A DNA stretch of 63,479 nt, filler included, from Stramenopiles sp. TOSAG23-2 (Eukaryota): assembly GCA_900128395.1 (NCBI GenBank). It is 15 parts of 15 records of this genome, joined end to end, with 100 filler letters (N's around TTAATTAATTAA, not from the genome) between each part and the next. Parts side by side here need not be neighbours in the genome. Positions count along the whole stretch, not along the records: positions 18,828 to 23,428 come from LT650855.1; positions 23,529 to 28,124 come from LT650856.1; positions 28,225 to 32,810 come from LT650857.1; 12 more parts are not named here. One strand, 5' to 3'. Numbering within the stretch: position 1 is the stretch's first letter; the number at the start of each line of letters is the position of its first letter. The translations under genes and the position numbers were made by a program. This document shows positions 22,301 to 31,879 of this stretch, one piece after another. The notes under the pieces are model-generated. The model made no database searches and had not been told where the DNA came from. It saw nothing but the letters and a program-made list of their open reading frames with translations.

Positions 22301-23075
22301 ACAAAAAAGAAACAATAAGAATGGTGGAACAAACTATTTGAGAAGCCGTAGTCCTAATTATAACCCAAAGGAGAAAAGTGAGGAACTTCAAAGTTGGCGG
22401 GCGAGGAAGTTTCACGAAACCAACAGCCAAAGTCGTAGTCATATTCGTGGTCATAGTCCAACCAATAATAACCCAAAGGAGAAAGCTGAAACACTTCAAA
22501 GTTGGCGGGAGAAGATGTTTCGTAATACTAACAGTCGAAGTCGTAGTCGTGGTAGTAGCCCTAGTCGCAGTAGGTCTATTCCACGTAGGTTCAATAGATC
22601 TACTACTACAAATAGTAATATCACAAAGAAACGCCCGGCACCATCAACGGAGAAAAAGCGAATAAGAAAGAGTCCAAAGAAAAGAGGTGGACAACATGCA
22701 CCAACAATGCCACCAATATTAAATGTACTTGTAAAAAACCGCATGGATACTGTTAATGCCATATTTAATGCCGTACGATATGAAGATCATGCCAAATTAA
22801 GAAATTTCTTAAAGAATGAATGGAATAACTTAGAACATTTGTCATGGAAAAACAAAGAAGGGGAGAATATTTTTCACATAGCAGCAAGAAACAGCAAACA
22901 TAGTGGTAGAACGATTCAAATGTTGTTAGGTAAAGAAATACTTGTTAAAATGCTTCTAAATAAAACTTCAAAAAATGGTGATAATCCATTAGATTTAGCT
23001 TATGCTAATGATAGTAAGTATAAAAGTCTCATTATCAAGATGATAGAGGACAAAGGAGGGAAAAGAAGTACATAA
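19302..23075 (+). CDS. Protein with four clusters of ankyrin repeats and an RS-rich low-complexity region
   Basis: NALHYSAC/TALDHA, NVLHFVA/TPLDYA, TALHIAC/SPLDYA, NIFHIAA/NPLDLA; RSRSPS repeats at ~22040-22600. Confidence 0.8.
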   Translation: MEAGSSYQKRKKRSSSSRSDDKLSDTTKKRRYNNNNNDNVNNNPSSNKPSLGQSTDSFSPVAIVNERLNDLMIAVQQEDYEQCKTILTDTSIQVSQLDKYGYNALHYSACYNRSSINIMKLLIEHHTCAINKVDANGYTALDHANGNGSRLKDDFIALLWKHGANSSVYKTTSYSTEEEASSSGDDGNNNSNNNNNENDEEVDLPDYVSEEEEVDVTDSNSMDLVDNDNDKNNNNNNKKINSSIIHVPDVEIRPSSSSFSSIRNSSDKQMHSSTASSTTTTTTITMNNVENISTNAVKNLSYFQCGAARLHLAAKYEFRQHLEDLISRPTTNDNYIDMSIVDDNQRNVLHFVALHTSKEDLSCIKLLLGHPNYSLYLINKFDSDGFTPLDYAYKNPYPCKNDVIQLLRSNNAMSGNDFNYNNIWKVPEDGKEDNVTSHDQSGYDKYGFHEDRHIDEVEIDAILQRHGHKPEKGRMQFYKEKLKEIQNKMRELHDGKLLKELTNDQKEEAKKKAIDLLLTSRERLNYLLDETLIRESQLLKHQSSILEHPDYKLKALLKSKHKVELSAADIKRCRVRIREAIHMVERDEGIDFRAVAKEYVFSIAKDDDDDYGNENKMHVGESFENNNSHVEETSLQENENAILDDTDKLLNDILFEDGNTMTSSDDIGNVDSTTNDINTTNNSKNDNGNEEYLGNISKSFKVDPFIVACGDPNKLSDVKRIIENSKDETKNVINRFGLSKSGFIETTGLIIATRNENESTVQYLLEQPSVDLFMSTMGGNTALHIACWKNSKNANIIRMLLDHPQCSNELINDENNAGKSPLDYAKKNKSSIRNSIVTLLSIKSNHFSNSSSNNKVSTMSSSDSGDGQHFGIKRSSTLPTTNNSSGSGKNGWGDTNSGRRWGNNNNKNNDPLIRSRSDSTHNRSDSRNTNRRFRSRSPSYENKKKVSPKGGRRFHSDSRSNSRNMSRSKSRVGGRRFRSRSPSLEKKLPSQQSDYQQYLQQKRNNKNGGTNYLRSRSPNYNPKEKSEELQSWRARKFHETNSQSRSHIRGHSPTNNNPKEKAETLQSWREKMFRNTNSRSRSRGSSPSRSRSIPRRFNRSTTTNSNITKKRPAPSTEKKRIRKSPKKRGGQHAPTMPPILNVLVKNRMDTVNAIFNAVRYEDHAKLRNFLKNEWNNLEHLSWKNKEGENIFHIAARNSKHSGRTIQMLLGKEILVKMLLNKTSKNGDNPLDLAYANDSKYKSLIIKMIEDKGGKRST

Positions 23076-23530
23076 TTAAAAGGTATTATTAATACTTCGT
23101 ATATATTAGATGCTATACATGGCTCGTGATACTCGTACAGAAGATACGAGTATATGACATTTATTTTTATATTCGTAATACGAAGGTCGTACGAAAATAT
23201 TAATAACGAAACATAATACGCGCTCGTATTATATATATATATAATATATGAGTAAGAGAAAATTATTATATTATACGAAGTATTATTTAAAGTTTTTACA
23301 AAGCATAATTTACGAAGTAGTTTTTAATTTTTACTCATAATAATTTCTACTCTTCAAAAGAATACAAGATAACTGAAATAATCTATCTCACACTAGTGTG
23401 TTGATATACCCATAATAGAGAATATATANNNNNNNNNNNNNNNNNNNNNNNNNNNNNNNNNNNNNNNNNNNNTTAATTAATTAANNNNNNNNNNNNNNNN
23501 NNNNNNNNNNNNNNNNNNNNNNNNNNNNAG

Positions 23531-26350
23531 GCGCAATTGGATTTTGAATCGTTCCGAAGACGAGTTGCAAATAGAGCTTTAAAAGCCATGGAAGGGGCAG
23601 AACTAGAAGATTTATACTTTTACACACAATTGTCATCAGTTGTCATATTTGGTGGTGATTTACACCGTATGTTTGCTGTTGTTGCTGCAATATATTTCCA
23701 TGATTGGGAAAATATAATACACCCATTAGCCATATTGTTTCGACGTTTCCGTATAAAAAAGAATGCTGATGATATTATAGACAATCATTTGGTCATTGTT
23801 GGATCATGTGCCATCTATGCAAAATTATTACGATCAGTGTACATACAAATTGATGACTTAGATGGTCTTGAGCAAGACTTCTTAATGATTAAAGAACTTA
23901 CACGTAGTAAGGTGGATAACACGACAAATGTGTGGCAAATATCAAGCAAAAAACTTCTGGAACGTTTTATTACTAGTACTAATGGTAAAGGCAATTATGT
24001 TATATTGCAAGGTCGTTTAATTGCTGGATTATTTGGACAACATTCGGATTGGACCAAAAAATTGTTTAAAGAGAATAGATGGATAAAATTCTCCAATAGT
24101 TTTCGACCGCGAGATGCATTTATCGAGCATCTAAATTTATTGGCAAAAATATTGAAGCCACAAACTCCACATGAATTTATAATTCATGCCAATGTTGGAA
24201 ACAGGTTACGTAACCTGCGTGCATCACTAAATCTCAGTTTCGCAAAGAAAAAACATGCTGTTGTTCGCAACAAGAAATTTAGTAAGCGTCGTAGGGATGA
24301 TTTCATTAAAGGAATTGCAGCTGTTTATGATAGCATAGAGGTCCAAAATCAAACTGGAGCGGAATACTATAATTGTTGGCCGGCTGTATGTTATCAATTA
24401 GGAGTTGATGAAGGGGAGGAAGGAGATTTAGAAGATATAAACGATGAGGAACAAAAAATTACTGCAGATGATAAATTAATGTACCTGCTTCAGCGAAAAG
24501 AAAAACCAACGATAAAATCAAAATTGGTAATGCCTAGTATAGATTATCAAAATAATGCAAAACCAAAATCTAGAGAGATTTCGGATGAGGTTTGGCAAGA
24601 AGTGTTTAAACGACGTTTGTACGATATAAAACAAACACAAGACTTGCATCTACGAGTAACAAAAGCATATGAAGTGTTTAAAATGGATTTATCCAATTTG
24701 CAATCGTTTATTGCACCATCACATACAGGTATAGTACGGCTTGGTGCTTTTATAACACAAGAAGTTCGACAGATTGCCAAAAATTTGAAAGACGGAAATG
24801 CCTCAGATGAAGATAAAGATTTATTTCTTCGAAAAGTTAAAGAAGTTTATTTAAATCAATTCAATTATATGGATGGACAAAAAAGTGCAATTTTGAAAGC
24901 TGTTGCTGGGAAAAGCTTTCTTTACATTGCACGATGCGGCTCAGGGAAAAGCACAGCGTTGTTAATTGCAGGCATGTTTTGCAAAAAAAAAGTATGCTGG
25001 TGCTGCCCAGCATTAGATTTATGCAAAGATTTGGCAGCGACAGCTATAGATCATGGATTATATGCATATATCTCCAAATTGGTAAACGTTGATGATGATA
25101 CAAAAGGTATCTTTTATTTTTGCCCAGAGTCGCTGCAAGCTTTATTTTTAAAAATAGCAAATGATCCATCAAATGACAAAAAATCATCCGATGAATTATT
25201 AATCCTTTTATTCAATATGCTATTTGACAAGTTTGATATAGTATGTGTGGATGAATGTTATTTACTTCTCCATGATAAAACATGGTTTCGCGCAATTTCA
25301 TATGATTTACTGCAAAAAGTATTAAAACTATTTGCTGGAAAAGGAATTCAAATGGTTTTTCTTGGTGGAACAGTAACTGAAACTGTTCGAGAATACATAA
25401 ATAATGAATATTCAGTTGAATTTGTATTTGGTTCACTTCATCAATTGCGACATTTAAAAGTCAATTTTTATCGTGGTTCAGTTTACAGAAAAGTAATGTC
25501 CAAAACAGATAATTTTCCTGAAAATGAAGCTATAGTTTTAATGGTAGATACGATAAGAAAAGTTGAAAATGCACATAGAATGAAAGCCTTGGCTAAAATT
25601 GAGGTGTATAGTGCAACTAGCGATACACCGCATCAAAATGTTAAAGACTTCATCAACTCTAATACAGCTGCTCGGTTTTTAATTGCTAGTCCAGTATTAA
25701 ATATGGGCATTACATTGCCACGTATATACCATTTATATTTGCAAAGTCCATTAAGTATGATAGCGTTAGCCCAGGGAGGGAATCGCATTGGCCGTGGTCA
25801 AGGCAATGAACGCGATGCTGAAATAACCATTGCTACTGATATAAACATAGCTATTGCATGGTTAACGCGATTGCTACGAGGGTATGATGCAAGTACTGAT
25901 GTGTCATGTATAGTAGATCATTGCAGCCTCCAGAAAAACGATTTAATAGATACAGTAAATTTTGCGTATATTAATGGTGATGTTTGCAAGATGGTACAAA
26001 TGGATACGTATTTTGGTGCAGCAGATGCCATTCCTTGCTATAAATGCGATGTTTGTTTAAATAAAAAAGATAAAGTTTGTAGTAATAATGCTGGAATCAA
26101 AACAGCTATTGATGGAGTAATAGGTAATGATGTAGGCACTTGGAATGAAGTACGAGATAGCTTATTACAATTAATGGCAGATGATGGCGTGGTATATAAT
26201 CAAAGAAAAATAAGTGCAAGTGTAGTATTATTCCAATTATTAAAAAAAAGACGTTTAGTGGTCTCATATGACAAAACAAAGAAAAAATTAGTTCTCAAAG
26301 CTGATCGTGAAGCATATGCAGGAGTATGGACAGAAAAGATCTACCTGGCC

Positions 26351-26388
<38 letters not shown>

Positions 26389-26599
26389 TAATAATAATGA
26401 TGATACTAATAATGTAACAACAACGACAACAACAACAACAACAACAACAACCACCATAGCCGAAACTGTGGATGAAGATGATGATGCATTAATAGAAGAA
26501 GAGTTAGGAGATGGTGCATGTAGAACAAGAATTCCTCCAAGACAACGAAGTAGTGAAAGTGCCGGATTGTATTCAGAAGAGGGACAATCCATTGTGTAG
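23531..26599 (+). CDS. 5'-partial divergent RecQ-like SF2 helicase with a long uncharacterised N-terminal region
   Basis: GQKSAI (Q motif), ARCGSGKST (I), CVDECY (II), LGGT (III), ASPVLNMGITLP (V), AQGGNRIGRG (VI), RQC-type Zn cluster CKMVQMDTYFG...CYKCDVC. Confidence 0.75.
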
Positions 26600-26834
26600 A
26601 AGAGTGTAAAAATAAAACAGTAAAAATATAATTATTACGAAATATGTGACATATATAAAACAAGTATAAATAAGAGAATTTTTTATAAAACAAGGACCTC
26701 TTCCATATAATTAAAAATAAGATTACAAAATACTTTTTTATCCATACCACATATATATTAGTCAAATATCTTGTCGACAGAAGCGTGTGTATGTAAACAA
26801 TTTTTTAACACGTACATTAACACACACACACACA

Positions 26835-27570
26835 CCATTCGTTGGATTAATTTCTAATATGGTAGCGCCAGCTTTAATTTCTGTTGTTATCAATCGTATT
26901 TACACTATTTACATATATTTTTCGATTTGACTTTAAACTTAAAACATTTAATGAATGGATTCTTGTCAAATTGGATGATTTTGCTAGTAAGTCAAACGTC
27001 GTTACATTTACATCACGATTTTGAATACTTAAAACGGCAGCAGCAATATTGCCATTTTTTAAAATATGATGATGGTGCTAAAATACGATGATGGTGCTAA
27101 ATCAGCAGCAAATGACATTGAATGAAAACTTTTATATGCCGCTAAAAAATTTGCAGAGCACTTGTGGAGACATGCGAATGGGCAGCGGTTAATGATATCC
27201 AACCTCTGGTACTGGAGTACGCGATGAAATCATCGTCAACATATCGTATCTTCCCATTTTCAGAAACTGTAATCGAATCAACTGGTGGTACGTCGAGCCT
27301 AATGGACGAGCCAACTGTAAGCCCTTTTCTAACCGACGACAATCCGACAATAAACCTTTAAAATCGACAGCACCGTCTCCGGTAAGCTCCAGCAACTTTC
27401 CTTTTATACTTCCTAACGCGTCGATACTAAACTCGTTGCTTTTAATTCCTTTGAGTTACTTAATCAAATTATTTCATAAAAACATGTATTGTTCCATCAC
27501 TTCTTCACGTTGTATCAATAAGACATGTTGTTTAACTAATGCTTTTCTTTTTTCCAAACAATTTTATAAT
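26835..27570 (-). pseudogene. Decayed ORF of unknown family, convergent with the helicase
   Basis: Protein-like segments on the minus strand (CLEKRKALVKQHVLLIQREEVMEQ; LKGIKSNEFSIDALGSIKGKLLELTGDG; VRKGLTVGSSIRLDVPPVDSITVSENGKIRYVDD; ILKNGNIAAAVLSIQNRDV) are broken by stops, frameshifts and a ~19-bp duplication at 27061-27100. Confidence 0.45.
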
Positions 27571-28225
27571 TCTCTGTATGTAGGTGTGTGTGTGTGTATA
27601 TATATATATATCTTTATATCGTATCCAATAGTGTAATAAATATATATATATATATATATAGTATAATACTACAATATTTGTGTTATATATATATATATAT
27701 ATATATCTTGTATCGAATAGTGCAATAACGATATATATATAGTATAATACTACAATATTTGTAGTATTATACATATAATATATCCGGATTAATATATATA
27801 TTCAAGGATTATATCAAGAAATACACAATTTGACACGATGATGGTATTGACACAATAATGGTATTCCTATTTTTATAAAATAATTTTAAATATATGATTC
27901 CACCAATGGCAATAGAATTTATCATTTGTCTTCTATTGCTTTATTTCTTTATATATCTTTGTAATATCCTTTAAGTGTAAGAAAATTAACTTTTTCTATT
28001 CTGACACTTCTTATAATTGTATATTATGTGTGAAAAAGATATTTTTAATATTTTATTTTATTATCATTGTGAAATGATATTTTTCACTCAAAATTTTACT
28101 AAAATCAGTGATGACATTTTTGAANNNNNNNNNNNNNNNNNNNNNNNNNNNNNNNNNNNNNNNNNNNNTTAATTAATTAANNNNNNNNNNNNNNNNNNNN
28201 NNNNNNNNNNNNNNNNNNNNNNNNG

Positions 28226-31200
28226 TATGCTGAAGGCTTCGCCGGTTACATGTGTGGTTGTTGCATTTCAAACTTAAGCCAATCGGAGAAAAAAGAACGA
28301 TGCAGTAGCAGTTTTTTAAACGCTTCTGATTTTTCGGTAACGTTGCTAGATTGGATCTTGTATTTTGTTAAATTAGCGCTACGAGTTCAAGTCCCGGATC
28401 AGCTTGGATCTAGCAAAGCTTTGCGTTTCCTTCGATTATTTCGTCTGATGCGATTTTTATCTGCAGCAAAAAAAGCAGATGATATGTTAAAAAGAATAAA
28501 AGCTCGTGAAAAAGCGCATTTGCCATCTATAAAGCCGTTGGAAGAGAGGGCAAAACGTGCATTGCAGAAAGAATTTCAACTCCGTCTTGCACGATTATGG
28601 TGGCAGCATACAAAGGAAGGTTTAGAAGATAGAGGATGTGGGTATGATGACGAAACGGAAAAACGGGAAATTGGAAATTCCATCGAAGAACATGAAGCAG
28701 ATCAAGAAAATTTAGAAGAAGTATGGGAAGAAAAAGACGCTTTGCTTTTTTTATTGAAAACACCATGGGTTTACAACACTATTCTAGCTGACACCGTAAT
28801 ACACAGGTTGAAATATGCTTGCAAATTTGATGTAGATGTCTTCGTAGACAAAGGTATTAGCATGAAGCCGTTTGGGGCTGGCAATAAAGTAGCTACCATA
28901 AATGCATGCATTTCCGCACCATATCATAAACTCTATGAAATTGCATTGCAAAATCGGATGAAGCTGCAATTGCTAAACAAACCGAAGGCATTTGAAAAAA
29001 ATGTTGGTAAACGATCGAGATATGATAAGCATCTTATTAATATACTGAAAGATAGATTGGATGTAGATATTAACCCTGATACAAAAAGTGGGGATGGCAA
29101 GAATATTTTTTTAGACCCAATAATGTTTGATAAACCATACTCAGTGCCTGAAATGTACCATGCGTTGCGTAATTGGGGTCATAAAGAAGGCATCGTTGAT
29201 GATTCTACAGTAAGCCCAAATTCCATTTATTTTGCTCCATACATGCCATTTGGGAAAGATTTATCCCAATCGCGAACAGACAAGAAATCTGTGTTTGAGC
29301 CTATTTTTCGAAAATATGCTAGAAAATATAATTTATTCGATGACGATGCTGTACCAGATTGCATATTTACTAAATTAGACATGTCAAAATTAGTTTTCAT
29401 GCATTTAAAGAAATATTTAAATTTAGAAATAAGAATGAAGGTTTCTAATTTGAGCCCAATTTCCCCACTTCGAAAGTTGGCAGATGAAAAAATATGCAGT
29501 GAGTATTTCGTCCCACATGATGAATTAGCATGCGTCGAAATACAAAATTTAGCAACACGTTTAAGATTATATACTGATCTACAACAATTTGGATTGGATC
29601 TTCATGAAGAAACAAAAATACATAAATTTTTGGAAAAAGATGATAAATCCTCTGAAACGCCAGACGATGATGATGAAGAAAGAAAAAAGGCGGAAAAAGG
29701 CATAGAAATGACGAAGAAAAAAATTGAAGAGGTAGAAGCTCATAAAAATGAGCTTGAATGGTGGGGTCAAAAATTTCGCCGTTACTACGACACGGATATT
29801 GCATTTTACTTTATTTGGCTATCGACATATACAAATAAAACTGTCAGTCTTGCAATGATCGGGTTATTTACTTATATCTGGCAAACCTTTTTTTGGGCTT
29901 CGTACAACAAGTTGGCACAGGAAGAAGCAAAAAAACGATGTAATGTTACAACAACAAATATACTATTTAATACATCAACAAATATATCATTGGTCGTACA
30001 AGTAAACAAAAATATCAATTCTATCCCTAACGAGGGATTATTTTCGTTTAAAAGTGTAAGTTACAGTGCATTGATGTACGGAATGATTTCTGTTATATTT
30101 GTACTGCTGGTTTTCGGTTGGGCCGCCAATTTTTATAAGCATTGGAACAGCGTTCAAGCGCGATTAGAAGTTCTGTTTTATGGAGAAGTTCAAAGCGGAG
30201 GCAACAATAGTGAACGAGATGTTATAAATCCAGCGTTTAAAGGAATAACCAAATTGCACCCGGTTACAAGTGAGCCGGAGGTATATTATTACGACAAATT
30301 AGATTGGAAATGCAATAGGATATTTTCTGTTTCCGTTATATCTATGTTAATGGCGATTGTTCTATCTAGCACAGTTGGTATTTTAGTATATAAACAGTTT
30401 ATGGAAGAGAACTTTAAAGATTTTAAGTGGACTGCTGGGGTTTTGAATGCAATTGTTATTAATATTTTAAACGAAGTGTGGCAAACCGTTGCAAAAAAAA
30501 TGGCAGAATGGGAAAACCATCGCCATTTAAGCAGCTTGGAATTCTCACAAACATCGAAAACATTCATTTTTACATTTATCAATTCATATATTGCGCTATT
30601 TTACATTGCATTTGCGAAATCTGCCGATCCATGCGGTTGTAGCCCAACATACAATTGTGTGGAGGAATTGCAAAGCGCGTTGTATTCATTGATCATCTCG
30701 CGTTTAACAATACAAAATATGGGCGAATTAGGAATTACAGGTAACATTATTGCTTATGTTATGTCATTTAATCCTTTTAAAAAACCTGTCAAAGGGTCCA
30801 GGCAATACAGCCCCGTGGACAGTGAAAGTTGTAGCGTAAATGGCAAAATACCATGGCGTTTACAAGAGGAAAAATTAAAACCGGTATACGGTTTTGATGA
30901 GCATCTAGGAAATTATAGTGAAATTGTAATTAATCATGGTTACTGGATTTTATTTGCAGCAATGTTTCCATTAGGCCCTTTATTAACGGTTGCTTTACAT
31001 CGTGTTGAATTATTTGTAGATACAGAAGGAATTAGCAATAATTTCCGGCGGCCACTGCCAATGAATACGGACAAAATAAATTTATGGAAACAAGTTTTTG
31101 AATTTGTTTCAAGATTTGCCATTATATCAAATTCTGGTTTGATCATCTTCACAACATTATTGTTTAAGAATAAATCTTTTACAGATAAAATTTTCCTCTT

Positions 31201-31879
31201 TTTGCTTTTGGTGATATTTTTTTCGATTGCTCACGCATTGGCAGAACAGAAGAAACCATCGCAACAAAAATTGGCAGAGAGAATGGGGAAAAGATTTCAA
31301 CTTCTTGTAGATAGAATTTTAGGTAGAGCAAATGCAGTGAATAGTAATGGTTCTAAAGATAATCAGGGTGAGAGTGGCGGCCGAAATGAAGAGAAACAGA
31401 ATGGGGATAAAGAGGAAAAAGATAGTGACATCCCAAAACTAACTCAAAACAATCGACGCACCGGTACAAAAATAGTCAAACGGGCAAAAAAAATTAAGAA
31501 AAATGAGCAGGAAAAGGCAGCAATATCAAGCAAAGGTAAAGCGAAGAAAGAGAAAAAGGCAGCGGTAAAGAAGGAGGACGAGAAGAGAAAAGCAAACGAG
31601 GTTGTAAGGAAAGAAGAAAAAGCAAAGAAAAAAATGGAGAAAAAGGAGAAGGAACAGAATCATAATGCTACAGAGAAGGAACAGGATCGTGATACAACAA
31701 GAAGTAAAGCTGCAAAAAAAAGTAAATCAAATAATGATGATGAAGATGAAGAAATAGATCCTAATTCATTTAAATTACCGACTACACCTAGCAAACGACG
31801 ACGTAGTTTGAAGACTTTGAGAAAAAGTTCTAGTAAGAAAGGTGCAAAAGCAACGATATCATCGCCAGTTGAAGAATAA
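28226..31879 (+). CDS. 5'-partial anoctamin (TMEM16) with N-terminal voltage-sensor-like domain and Lys-rich tail
   Basis: Frame is open from the contig start: YAEGFAGY...FLNASDFSV...KALRFLRLFRLMRFL. Anoctamin motifs: FRRYYDTDIAFYFIWL, NPAFKG, MAEWENHR, FINSYIALFYIAFAK, YSEIVINHG, AAMFPLGP, FRRPLP. Confidence 0.88.
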   Translation, partial: YAEGFAGYMCGCCISNLSQSEKKERCSSSFLNASDFSVTLLDWILYFVKLALRVQVPDQLGSSKALRFLRLFRLMRFLSAAKKADDMLKRIKAREKAHLPSIKPLEERAKRALQKEFQLRLARLWWQHTKEGLEDRGCGYDDETEKREIGNSIEEHEADQENLEEVWEEKDALLFLLKTPWVYNTILADTVIHRLKYACKFDVDVFVDKGISMKPFGAGNKVATINACISAPYHKLYEIALQNRMKLQLLNKPKAFEKNVGKRSRYDKHLINILKDRLDVDINPDTKSGDGKNIFLDPIMFDKPYSVPEMYHALRNWGHKEGIVDDSTVSPNSIYFAPYMPFGKDLSQSRTDKKSVFEPIFRKYARKYNLFDDDAVPDCIFTKLDMSKLVFMHLKKYLNLEIRMKVSNLSPISPLRKLADEKICSEYFVPHDELACVEIQNLATRLRLYTDLQQFGLDLHEETKIHKFLEKDDKSSETPDDDDEERKKAEKGIEMTKKKIEEVEAHKNELEWWGQKFRRYYDTDIAFYFIWLSTYTNKTVSLAMIGLFTYIWQTFFWASYNKLAQEEAKKRCNVTTTNILFNTSTNISLVVQVNKNINSIPNEGLFSFKSVSYSALMYGMISVIFVLLVFGWAANFYKHWNSVQARLEVLFYGEVQSGGNNSERDVINPAFKGITKLHPVTSEPEVYYYDKLDWKCNRIFSVSVISMLMAIVLSSTVGILVYKQFMEENFKDFKWTAGVLNAIVINILNEVWQTVAKKMAEWENHRHLSSLEFSQTSKTFIFTFINSYIALFYIAFAKSADPCGCSPTYNCVEELQSALYSLIISRLTIQNMGELGITGNIIAYVMSFNPFKKPVKGSRQYSPVDSESCSVNGKIPWRLQEEKLKPVYGFDEHLGNYSEIVINHGYWILFAAMFPLGPLLTVALHRVELFVDTEGISNNFRRPLPMNTDKINLWKQVFEFVSRFAIISNSGLIIFTTLLFKNKSFTDKIFLFLLLVIFFSIAHALAEQKKPSQQKLAERMGKRFQLLVDRILGRANAVNSNGSKDNQGESGGRNEEKQNGDKEEKDSDIPKLTQNNRRTGTKIVKRAKKIKKNEQEKAAISSKGKAKKEKKAAVKKEDEKRKANEVVRKEEKAKKKMEKKEKEQNHNATEKEQDRDTTRSKAAKKSKSNNDDEDEEIDPNSFKLPTTPSKRRRSLKTLRKSSSKKGAKATISSPVEE

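Noticed and set aside
27589-27780. Duplicated TATATAGTATAATACTACAATATTTGT units amid TA/TG runs as a CRISPR-like array
   Set aside because: Only two copies embedded in microsatellite; simple local duplication.
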